The position numbers were made by a program, and so were the translations under genes. Under the pieces are notes generated by a model. The model made no database searches. It was given only the letters and a program-made list of their open reading frames with translations, and was not told the origin of the DNA. Source: an uncultured Thermoplasmata archaeon (GTDB lineage Archaea; Thermoplasmatota; Thermoplasmata; RBG-16-68-12). From it: 64,000 nucleotides of DNA. Of the stretch, positions 18,877-27,170 are shown piece after piece (position 1 is the first letter of the stretch; each line of letters starts with the position of its first letter). Location of the stretch: positions 32,001 to 96,000 of the forward strand of contig CAVYJM010000010.1 in NCBI GenBank assembly GCA_963768855.1. Direction: 5' to 3'.

Positions 18877-19701
18877 GTGCCGCGGTTCATCTCCGTGGAG
18901 CTCGCCCGGAACACCTACTACACGGGCGACGTCCTCGAGGGGACCGTGGTCCTCGAGACGACGAAGGAGACCCCGAGCCGCGGGCTCTACGTCGACTTCA
19001 CCGGCAAGGAGGAAACGCAGATCACGCGGAGCAGCGGCAAGCAGAGCGTGACCTACCGATCCGAGGCGGCGCTCGTGAGCTGGCGCCTCCCGCTCCAGGG
19101 CGAGGCGACGATCGCCCCGGGCGCCTACCGGTTCCCGTTCAAGTTCCAGGTGCCCCTCCAGGGACTGCCTTCCTATCAGGGTCGCCACGCGGTCGTGAAG
19201 TACATCCTGAGCGCGCGGCTCGACGTACCCCTGTGGCTCGACACGGTCTGGAGCAACGAGGTCTTCGTGTTCTACGACCGGCCGAGCGTCCGCACGTTCT
19301 CCGAGCCCGCGCGGTTCCGTTCCGGCGGGGATGGTCCCGAGGTCTACGTCGAGCTGGACGGGGACCGGTTCTTCGCGCGCGAGATGATCGGCTGCCGGAT
19401 CACCCTGCTCCGGGCAGGGGACCAGCGGATCCGGCGCCTGTACGCGCGCCTCATCGGCGCCGAGTTCGCCCAGGCCCAGAGCCAGCACGAGGAGACGACG
19501 ACCTTCCGCACCGAGGTCGATGTGCCCGCAGAACAGATCAAGCTCGGGGTCCCGTTCACGTTCGAGATCCCGATCCCCGGCAACGTGCAGTCGGCCTATC
19601 GCGGGACGTACTCGTACTACAGCTACATGCTCCAGATCGGCCTCGACATCGCCTGGGGGTTCGACTTGGTCGCCCAGACCCCCATCGTCATCGTCCGCTG
19701 A
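18877..19701 (+). CDS. Arrestin-fold (arrestin_N/SpoOM-like) protein
   Basis: YYTGDVLEGTVVL...FTGKEET...PGAYRFPFKFQVP..LPSYQG...VKYILSARLDVP resembles the arrestin N-domain. A second beta-sandwich follows. Confidence 0.7.
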   Translation: MPRFISVELARNTYYTGDVLEGTVVLETTKETPSRGLYVDFTGKEETQITRSSGKQSVTYRSEAALVSWRLPLQGEATIAPGAYRFPFKFQVPLQGLPSYQGRHAVVKYILSARLDVPLWLDTVWSNEVFVFYDRPSVRTFSEPARFRSGGDGPEVYVELDGDRFFAREMIGCRITLLRAGDQRIRRLYARLIGAEFAQAQSQHEETTTFRTEVDVPAEQIKLGVPFTFEIPIPGNVQSAYRGTYSYYSYMLQIGLDIAWGFDLVAQTPIVIVR

Positions 19702-19734
19702 GCGACCGGGGCGCGGCCGCATCGTCTGATGCGA

Positions 19735-19756
19735 GTCAACCTTGTTTAAGGTTGCA
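19735..19756 (+). promoter_or_regulatory. Palindromic operator-like motif AACCTT-N4-AAGGTT (copy 2)
   Basis: GTCAACCTTGTTTAAGGTTGCA, overlapping a TTTAAG TATA-like element, 51 nt upstream of ATG 19808. Confidence 0.6.
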
Positions 19757-19807
19757 CGGGATTCGCGTCAGCCTTTTGCCCGCCCGCGGCCTGCGTGCGT
19801 TCCGTCC

Positions 19808-20095
19808 ATGGCCCGACGCAAGCTTTTGCCCGAAGCGGAAATCGAGGTCCGCCTTCGGAAGGTTCCTGCCTGGAGGCGGGAAGGCGCCGCAATCACCCGC
19901 GAGTGGATATTCGAGGACTTCCCGCCCGCCCTCGCCTTCATCAACCGAGTCGGGGGCCTCGCGGAGGCCGCGAATCACCATCCGGACATCTTCAACTCGT
20001 GGAACCGTGTCCGGCTCAGCCTCACCACCCACGATGCCGGCGGGCTCACGGATCGCGACTTCGCCTTGGCCAAGCGGATTGATGGTCTCGAATAG
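19808..20095 (+). CDS. Pterin-4-alpha-carbinolamine dehydratase (COG2154)
   Basis: FEDFPPALAFINRVG.LAEAANHHPDI, LTTHDAGGLTDRDF.LA. Start trimmed to ATG 19808. Confidence 0.9.
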   Translation: MARRKLLPEAEIEVRLRKVPAWRREGAAITREWIFEDFPPALAFINRVGGLAEAANHHPDIFNSWNRVRLSLTTHDAGGLTDRDFALAKRIDGLE

Positions 20096-20249
20096 TTGGA
20101 GGCCTCGATTCTCCGACGCCCCCCGGCGGCAGTCCCCCTTGGCGCAGGCAGATTTCGGATGTCCGAAATTTCCTCGTCTTTTCGACCGTCGTACAAGAAC
20201 GCTTTAAGCGCACCCCCGCGGTGGGCGGCCGCCCAACGGAGGCGGAAGC

Positions 20250-20888
20250 ATGCGAAAGGCAACCCTCATCGTCACGGCCCTGCTTGCCGTGCTAGCTCTG
20301 TCCGTTGGAGCCCTCGCCTACCCTGTGGTCGTGGGGGTTCACCCCTTCGCGACGGTCCATCCTGCCGCGCCGGCCACCGCGAGCCATCCCAGGGGAGACG
20401 ACAACTCCACGGGCAATCAGACGAACGACAATGAGACGGGCGACCGTGAGACGCCGCCCGCCGGGAATGAGTCGGACAACGAGACCGGCGACAATGAGAC
20501 CGCTCCGCCCGTTCCGCCCTCGCCTGAGGGCAACGAGACCGAGAACGAATCCGAGATGAACGTGTCCGTCGAGCACAATGTGACCGTCGTCCAGGCGGAC
20601 AACACGACCTGGATCAACGGCACGATCGTCGTGACGCAGGGCAACGTGACCCTGGTGGATGTCACCTTCCAGATCGTCGTCCATGACAACGGCACGGCCA
20701 ATGTGACCTTCGACGGGACCCAGACGGTCGGTTCGATGGTGATTTCGGTCCACGGCGTCGCGGTCTTCGAATCCGACAGCCGGACCCTCGTTGCGTTCGG
20801 GACGGCCACGGCCAGCCAGAACGGGACGGTCCAGTGGACCCGGACCTTCGGGTTCGAACTACCCCTGTCCGACCCCGTGAGATGCTAA
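20250..20888 (+). CDS. Secreted acidic protein rich in N-glycosylation sequons
   Basis: Signal peptide (MRKATLIVTALLAVLALSVGALA), repeated DNET/GNES units, beta-rich C-terminal half. Confidence 0.75.
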   Translation: MRKATLIVTALLAVLALSVGALAYPVVVGVHPFATVHPAAPATASHPRGDDNSTGNQTNDNETGDRETPPAGNESDNETGDNETAPPVPPSPEGNETENESEMNVSVEHNVTVVQADNTTWINGTIVVTQGNVTLVDVTFQIVVHDNGTANVTFDGTQTVGSMVISVHGVAVFESDSRTLVAFGTATASQNGTVQWTRTFGFELPLSDPVRC

Positions 20889-20945
20889 GTCCAACCCTCT
20901 TCCACCCCGGATGCCGGGGAAGGGACCGTCCGCCGGGGCGGCCGC

Positions 20946-23042
20946 CTACAGTGTTTTCTCCAAGAGTTCAGCGATGTCCGCGCGGGCGAGGTCCTCCCGG
21001 TTCTTCGTCTTCGCCGCGTCGTCGAACATGATCAGGCAGTACGGGCAGGCGGACGCGACCGTCTTCGCGCCGGTCTCCGCGACCTGGTCGAGCCGGCGAT
21101 GGTTCACCTTCTGGCCGACCTTCTCCTCCATCCACATCCGCGCCCCGCCCGCCCCGCAGCAGAAGCCCTTGTCGCGGCACATCTTCATCTCGACGCTCTT
21201 CACGCCGGGGAGGCGAAGCAGGACGTCCCGGGGCTCCTCGTAGACCTTGTTGTACCGTCCGAGGTAGCAGGCGTCGTGGAAGGTCAGGAACTCCTGGACC
21301 TCCTTCGTCGGCCTCAGTTTGCCCGCCTTCAGGAGCTCGTCCAGGAAGACGGAGTGATGGACGACGTCATAGGCGCCCCCGAAATCCGGGTACTCGTTCT
21401 TGAGCGTGTTGAAGCAGTGGGGACACGCCGTCACGATCTTCTTCACAGCGTACCGGTTCAGCGTCTCCACGTTCGCCTTGATCATCATCTGTGCGCGGAA
21501 CTCGTCCCCGAGGCGCCGCGCCGGGTCGCCTGTGCACTTCTCCTCGGGCCCCAGGATCGCGAACTTGACGCCCGCCTTCTGCAGGAGCCGCGAGAACGAC
21601 TGCGCGACCTTCTTGTTCCGATCGTCGAACGACGCGGCGCAACCGACCCAGTACAGGACGTCGACCTGCTCGCCCGCGGCCACGACCTCGGAGAGCGTTC
21701 GGACGCCGAGACCCGCGGCCCAGTTGCCCCGCTGGTCCCATCCGATTCCCCAGGGGTTGAAGTTGGTCTCGATGTTCCGCAACATCGCCTGCGTTTCCTC
21801 GGGCATCTTGCCAATCTCTAGGACGAAGTTGCGGCGCAGCTCGACGATGAGCGGGACGTGGCGGATCGAGACCGGGCACTCCTGCATGCATGCCATGCAC
21901 GTCGTGCAGTCGAACAGCTCCTCGTAGCCGACGTACTCGGGCAACGGTTCCCCGAGCGTCTTCCCGCGCGCCTCCTTGACCATCGCGTCCTTCAGGTCCA
22001 GGATCACGTGCATCGGATCGAGCGGCTTCCCGGTGCTCCACGCGGGGCACACGGACGTGCACCGCCCGCAGATCGTGCACGCGTCCAGCTGCAGCCGGTC
22101 GAACCACGAGAACGCCTTCGTGGAGGCGGCGCCCAGCATGGGCTGGGGTGCTCCCTCCTGCATGATCAGGTCGACGTCGAAGTCCTTCGGGAGGCGTCCA
22201 TACGGTCCCGCGCTCTCGTAGAACGTCCGGGCGGGACTGAAGAGGAAATGGCTCGCCTTGGTCCACGGGAGCGTGGCGAGCACGAAGGACCAGGTCCCCG
22301 CATGGAACCACCACAGGGCGCCGTACGTCCAGGCGAGCACCGGCACGGGCGTGATTGTGACGCTCGTCGCCGTCACGGTCACGGTCGCCAGGCTCGAGTT
22401 CACGCCGACGGCTCGGAGGAGGAGCGAAAGGCCGTATCCGAAGAAGGACCACTCCTGCCACGGCGGCTGGAGGACCGCGAGCCGGATCGCCTCGAGGAGG
22501 TATCCCTGGAGGATGAGGAGGAACAGGACGCCGGGAAGGAATAGATCAGGCCGCTCGTTGCGGAGGTACTTCGGCCGCTGCGCGAGGCGCCGGAAGAAGA
22601 CCATGCCCAAGCCCACGAGGAAGGCGAGGCCCATGAAATCCAGGGCTGCCTTGAAGATCAGATACGGGTTGCCGCGGAGGACGTCCCAGTTCACATGGGA
22701 GGTCACGTCCATGTTGACGGCGACGATTGTCGTGCCGATCGCGAGGGCGATGAAGCCCGTGTAGAGCAGGAGGTGCATCACGCCGGCGTACCGCCGCCGC
22801 GCGACCTTCTTCTGGAACACCCCGACGACCAAGAGCCTCTGGAGGTGGAGCCAGAAGGACGCGCCCGTGGAACCGGCGGCGCCACCTTTCCAGATCCGCC
22901 ATCGATCCCAGAGGCCGTACGCCGCGATGAGGAGCGCGACGCCGGTGACCGCGTAGATCGCGAGCGAGGTCCAGTCCGGCAGGAAGTTGAGGTTCGTCCG
23001 GCACGGGACGGCTCCAGTGGGGTCGCAGGCTGGGAGAGGCAT
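20946..23042 (-). CDS. Membrane Fe-S oxidoreductase (FadF/HdrD-like: NarI-like TM part, 2x[4Fe-4S], CCG domains)
   Basis: CTICGRCTSVCP, CTTCMACMQECP, WVGC, TACPHC, HDACYLGR, FCCGAGG, SACPYC. About five TM helices at the N-terminus. Confidence 0.9.
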   Translation of the reverse strand: MPLPACDPTGAVPCRTNLNFLPDWTSLAIYAVTGVALLIAAYGLWDRWRIWKGGAAGSTGASFWLHLQRLLVVGVFQKKVARRRYAGVMHLLLYTGFIALAIGTTIVAVNMDVTSHVNWDVLRGNPYLIFKAALDFMGLAFLVGLGMVFFRRLAQRPKYLRNERPDLFLPGVLFLLILQGYLLEAIRLAVLQPPWQEWSFFGYGLSLLLRAVGVNSSLATVTVTATSVTITPVPVLAWTYGALWWFHAGTWSFVLATLPWTKASHFLFSPARTFYESAGPYGRLPKDFDVDLIMQEGAPQPMLGAASTKAFSWFDRLQLDACTICGRCTSVCPAWSTGKPLDPMHVILDLKDAMVKEARGKTLGEPLPEYVGYEELFDCTTCMACMQECPVSIRHVPLIVELRRNFVLEIGKMPEETQAMLRNIETNFNPWGIGWDQRGNWAAGLGVRTLSEVVAAGEQVDVLYWVGCAASFDDRNKKVAQSFSRLLQKAGVKFAILGPEEKCTGDPARRLGDEFRAQMMIKANVETLNRYAVKKIVTACPHCFNTLKNEYPDFGGAYDVVHHSVFLDELLKAGKLRPTKEVQEFLTFHDACYLGRYNKVYEEPRDVLLRLPGVKSVEMKMCRDKGFCCGAGGARMWMEEKVGQKVNHRRLDQVAETGAKTVASACPYCLIMFDDAAKTKNREDLARADIAELLEKTL

Positions 23043-23120
23043 TCAGAACTCCTTCCTCGGAATCCCCGACTCCTCTGGGGGCCTCCGCAGGCGCCCGGGC
23101 GACGAAGGTCGTGACGCTAT

Positions 23121-23849
23121 TTAACCCCGCGCGGCCGGGCGCGCGACGAGGACGAACTTGCGTCGGTCCGCCGACACGGGCTCCTGGTCCCAGCCGCCGT
23201 AGGTGGCCTCGACGTGCCAGCCCGCGCTCGCGAGGAGTGCATGCGTCTCGTGCGGTGCCAGGAGTTGCAGCGTCGCGGAGGACTCGCTCCGGAACCGCAG
23301 GTCCGGGCCGACGCGCTCGTAGAACTTCCATCGGAGGTCGAGGAGGCCCGACGTCCCGTCGAACGTCCGGAACTCGTGCTGCTCCAGGTCGCCGACGACA
23401 TGGTAGGCGAAGGGCCTCGGGCGGGCGGCGAAGAAGTCCCGGTGCAGGAAGTCGACGAGGAGGATCCCGCCCGGGACGAGGTGGCCGCGCAGGCGGATCA
23501 GGAAGTCCCGTTCCTCGTCGCGGGGTCCTCGCCCCAGCGCGTGGTCGAGGCACAGGGCCGCGTCGAACTGCTCCGCGACGGGAGGGCCCGGCATCGTCTC
23601 CTTGGACGCCGTGCGGAAGGTGAGGCGGCCCTCAAGCTTCTTCGGAACCCGTTGCCGAAGCGCCCCGATTGCGACCTCGTTCGCGTCCACGGCGGTCACG
23701 TGGAAGCCGCGCTCGGCCAGCTCGAACGCGCGGCGACCGATGCCGCAGGGCGCGTCGAGGATCCGCGCGTCGCGGGCCACCCCCTTCGCGGCGAGAAATG
23801 CCTCGATCTCCTCGGCCTCCTGCGCGGGCGGTCGGGGGACCGGGGGCAC
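23121..23849 (-). CDS. Class I SAM-dependent methyltransferase-like protein
   Basis: ILDAPCGIGR motif I, AVDAN, LVPGGILLVD. Start abuts the upstream paralog stop. Confidence 0.75.
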   Translation of the reverse strand: MPPVPRPPAQEAEEIEAFLAAKGVARDARILDAPCGIGRRAFELAERGFHVTAVDANEVAIGALRQRVPKKLEGRLTFRTASKETMPGPPVAEQFDAALCLDHALGRGPRDEERDFLIRLRGHLVPGGILLVDFLHRDFFAARPRPFAYHVVGDLEQHEFRTFDGTSGLLDLRWKFYERVGPDLRFRSESSATLQLLAPHETHALLASAGWHVEATYGGWDQEPVSADRRKFVLVARPAARG

Positions 23850-24638
23850 TCACTTCCTCCCGATCACGACGAGGCCGGGCGCATCGATTCCCGGAGCGTC
23901 CATCTCGTATCCTCCGAACGTCCCCTCGACACGCCAGCCGCCCCGCTCGAACAGGGAACGGAGCTCGTGCAGGCTGTAGATGCGGTGATCCACGTCCATC
24001 GCGGCGATCCCTTCGAGGTCCTGCCCGCTCTTCCGGAAGAAGCGCCAGTGGTTGCGCATCCACGACGCGTCGAGGTCCAGGCGGCGGTCTTCGATGTGGA
24101 CGAGGTCTCCGAACTCCTCCCATCCCTGGGGATCGAAGTGACGCACGACTCGGTCGCGGTTCACGACGTAGAGGACGAAGATCCCCCCGGGACGCACGAG
24201 GTCCGCGTAGCCGCGGAGGATGGCGACGTCCGTCTCCTCGCCGTAGTAGCCCAGGGAGGTCCAGAGGTTCACGGCGGCGTCGAAGGGGCGCTCGTCCTCC
24301 GGGACGGATCGGCCGAGCTCCCGCATGTCGCCGACGCGGTACCTCGCCCGGTCTGCGACGCCCTCCCGCTCTGCGAGCTCCTGGGCGCGCCGCACATACG
24401 CGGCCGAGAGGTCGAGGCCAAGGGTCCGGTACCCGATCTTCGCCAGTCGGGTCGCGTGTCGTCCGATGCCGCACGGGACGTCCAGGACGCGTCCTCCCTC
24501 CGGGACGCCGAAGCGGTCGAGGATCGCCTTCAGATCCCGCGCCTGGGCCTCGCCCGCCTCCCATCCATGCTCGTGGATCCGGAGGAAGATCTCATCGTGA
24601 TCCAGGAAGAGCTGCCGGGTCCAGTGTTCCTCCGGCAC
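23850..24638 (-). CDS. Class I SAM-dependent methyltransferase
   Basis: VLDVPCGIGRHA, GLDLS, GDMREL, VNLWTSLGYY, RPGGIF. Start trimmed to GTG 24638. Confidence 0.88.
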   Translation of the reverse strand: MPEEHWTRQLFLDHDEIFLRIHEHGWEAGEAQARDLKAILDRFGVPEGGRVLDVPCGIGRHATRLAKIGYRTLGLDLSAAYVRRAQELAEREGVADRARYRVGDMRELGRSVPEDERPFDAAVNLWTSLGYYGEETDVAILRGYADLVRPGGIFVLYVVNRDRVVRHFDPQGWEEFGDLVHIEDRRLDLDASWMRNHWRFFRKSGQDLEGIAAMDVDHRIYSLHELRSLFERGGWRVEGTFGGYEMDAPGIDAPGLVVIGRK

Positions 24639-24718
24639 GGGAGCCGCGATGGCCTGCAGGACTATAAGCCCGCGCCGCCACCGAAGCCTATTCATGTCCG
24701 CGATCCGGTTCGGGACCG

Positions 24719-26737
24719 ATGCAGGGATCCTCGTCCCCATCCCGCCATCCGCTCGATGCGGGTCTCGTCCTCTTCGTCACGACCTGGTTCACGGTCGAGG
24801 CGCTGCGCGTCTTCCTCGCGAGCGTCTATGCGATGAACGTGCTGACGGTGAGCCTGAACGCCTCGATCCTCGCCGTCCTGCTGCTCCTCGTGCCCGCCGT
24901 GTACCTCCTCGGCCTCGCGCGCGTGCGGATTCGCGTCCTCATCGTAGGCTTCGCCGCTGCCTTCCTCGGGCTCCGGCTCCTCCTCCTTGTGCCCTGGTCG
25001 GTGGAGATCCTCACCCTCGTCAGCGGATTCGCCGTCGTCTCCTACCTCCTGTTCTTCATCCCGTACGTCGCGTCGAACCTCCGCCTCGCGGGAGGCGGTG
25101 GCACCGTCGCGGCCGCCCTTGGGCTCGCCTTCGGGATGGACACCGCGCTGCGCGTCGTCGGGAACAGCCTGGATCCCGGGGCGACCATCTGGTCGGCGGC
25201 CTTCCTCGTCCCCCTGGGCGCCGTGGTCCTGTACCTGGTCTATCGCGGAGACTCGCCTCCTCCGAAGGGATCCGGCCCGGGCTGGAGCCGGACCGTCGGG
25301 CTCGCGGGCCTGGGATTCGGCGGGTTCCTGAGCCTGACGGCGATTGTCCTCCTGTATCCCGCCTTCGTGGCCCGATGGACCGCGGAAGCGTTCGCGCCGT
25401 TGCTGGCGGCGGTCCTCTTGGGATTCGGGACGGGCGCCTATCTCGCGAAGATGGGCCTGGGGCCGGGCCGGCGCGCCGCGCGCTGGTCCGGCGTCCTCCA
25501 GGGGCTCGCGCTCGTGGCCGCGGTCGACCTCGGGCTGGGCGGAGGCTTCCTGACCTTCCTGCTGATCTTCTTCGCGGCGGTCGCCTCCGTCGTCGGGCTC
25601 GAGCGCATCCTCAGCGCCCTGGCCGCGGCGCGTCCCTCCGTCCGGAGCGTCGGCTGGGTCGTGTTCCTCGGCTGCGTGGTCTTCCTCTTGGCCCTCATGG
25701 CCTTCGTGTTCACCCTGACCTACGCCTACGTCCCCGCGTCGGGGCTGTGGCGCGGGCACGCACCCGTGGTGTTCTTCCTGGCCGCCGCCTGCCTCGCCGT
25801 GCCCGCGCTGCTCCTCGGAGGCGTCTCGCCGAGCGCGGCGCCGAGCCTCGCCTCCCGCCGCTGGGTGACGGGCGCCGTGGCGGTCCTCCTGATCGTCGCC
25901 GCCGGTGGGATCGTCGCGAACCCCACCGCCGGCGTGCCCGGTGCGCCCTCCGTCGGGATCCGCGTGATGTCGTACAACGTCCACCAGGGGTTCAGCGCGA
26001 ACGGCACCCTCAACGTGCAGCGCATTGCGGACAACGTCCGGTATGTCGATCCGGACATCCTGGCCCTCGAGGAGAGCGACTCGGTCCGAATCACGTCCGG
26101 CGGTGTAGACCTCGTGAACTACCTTGCGACCAGCCTCGGATACAACGTCGCGTACGGACCGCCGACCTCCGCCCAGACGTACGGCGTCTCCATCCTCACC
26201 CATCTCCCGATCAAGGCGTGGAACTACACGCTGCTCCCGAGCCCGGGCGACAACCGCGTCGTGGTCCACGCAGTCCTCCTCGCGGGGAGCGTGGACGTCC
26301 ACGTCTTCGCGGTCCACCTGGGGCTCGACGGCACGGAACGCGACGCGCAGATTGCCGCGGTCCTCCAGCTGGCCGCTGGGTTCCCAGAACCGCGCATCCT
26401 ACTCGGCGACTTCAACGCCTGTCCTTCTGGAATCTGTCCGGAAGCGGGCGCCACCGCGGACCACGTCTACGCGGACGTCAACGCCTCATGGGACGACACA
26501 TGGAGGGAGGCGAACCCCACCACGCCGGTCGGCATGAGCTACACGTACGACTCCGTGAGCCCGTACGAGCGCATTGACTACGTCTTCGTCTCGGGTGGCG
26601 TGCACGTGACTCGTGCGGCGGTCGTGGGACAGTGCACGGTCGAGGTCCTCCCCCCGATCCAGCTCACCTGCATGTTCCCTCCGGCCCGCGACGCCTCGGA
26701 CCACCTACCGGTCATCGCGGACGTCACGTTCCCCTGA
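24719..26737 (+). CDS. Multi-pass membrane protein with C-terminal endonuclease/exonuclease/phosphatase domain (Cwh43/PGAP2IP-like architecture)
   Basis: About 12 hydrophobic helices, then SYNVHQG, LALEE, VHL, GDFN, IDYVF, SDHLPV EEP motifs. Confidence 0.8.
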   Translation: MQGSSSPSRHPLDAGLVLFVTTWFTVEALRVFLASVYAMNVLTVSLNASILAVLLLLVPAVYLLGLARVRIRVLIVGFAAAFLGLRLLLLVPWSVEILTLVSGFAVVSYLLFFIPYVASNLRLAGGGGTVAAALGLAFGMDTALRVVGNSLDPGATIWSAAFLVPLGAVVLYLVYRGDSPPPKGSGPGWSRTVGLAGLGFGGFLSLTAIVLLYPAFVARWTAEAFAPLLAAVLLGFGTGAYLAKMGLGPGRRAARWSGVLQGLALVAAVDLGLGGGFLTFLLIFFAAVASVVGLERILSALAAARPSVRSVGWVVFLGCVVFLLALMAFVFTLTYAYVPASGLWRGHAPVVFFLAAACLAVPALLLGGVSPSAAPSLASRRWVTGAVAVLLIVAAGGIVANPTAGVPGAPSVGIRVMSYNVHQGFSANGTLNVQRIADNVRYVDPDILALEESDSVRITSGGVDLVNYLATSLGYNVAYGPPTSAQTYGVSILTHLPIKAWNYTLLPSPGDNRVVVHAVLLAGSVDVHVFAVHLGLDGTERDAQIAAVLQLAAGFPEPRILLGDFNACPSGICPEAGATADHVYADVNASWDDTWREANPTTPVGMSYTYDSVSPYERIDYVFVSGGVHVTRAAVVGQCTVEVLPPIQLTCMFPPARDASDHLPVIADVTFP

Positions 26738-27169
26738 GCCGACCGGGGCTGGCTTCTTGAACGGGAGGAGGAGTCCCTTCGGATCCTGGCTGCGGATGCG
26801 GCGCACGACTCCGGGGATCTCGGTCGACGGATAGACTTCGTCGTACGCCGCTGTCGGCAGGGCGGCCACGTCCGGGTCCGAGGTGATGATGACCAGCACA
26901 ATCTCGGGTGAGTGCGTGTCGAGGAACCGCTCGAGGAGCTCCAGCCGACCTGGGTCCGCGGCTCCTCCCGAGAGCGGCTCGATCAGGAACAGGATCGCCC
27001 CACGGCGCACGACGAGGTCCGGTGTGAATTCGACGATCGCGCCATCAGACTGCTGGACGCGGAAATGGAGGGACCGGTGCTCGTGGGGCACGTTCTGCCG
27101 TCCCAGCTCCGCGCACAGGTCGCCCTCGAGCGGCGAGCGGGAGGCGTGCGAAGCCGGCGAGGGAACCAC
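26705..27169 (-). CDS. Hypothetical protein, possible PD-(D/E)XK-like fold
   Basis: SPLEGDLCAEL...FTPDLVV...LFLIEP. Start GTG 27169 lies next to the icd stop; overlaps the EEP gene 3' end by 33 nt. Confidence 0.55.
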   Translation of the reverse strand: MVPSPASHASRSPLEGDLCAELGRQNVPHEHRSLHFRVQQSDGAIVEFTPDLVVRRGAILFLIEPLSGGAADPGRLELLERFLDTHSPEIVLVIITSDPDVAALPTAAYDEVYPSTEIPGVVRRIRSQDPKGLLLPFKKPAPVGSGERDVRDDR

Positions 27170-27170
27170 C

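Noticed and set aside
20395-20560. Short GACAAYGAGAC repeats as a CRISPR or tandem array
   Set aside because: They encode DNET peptide repeats inside a CDS, are too short, and are irregularly spaced with no cas genes.
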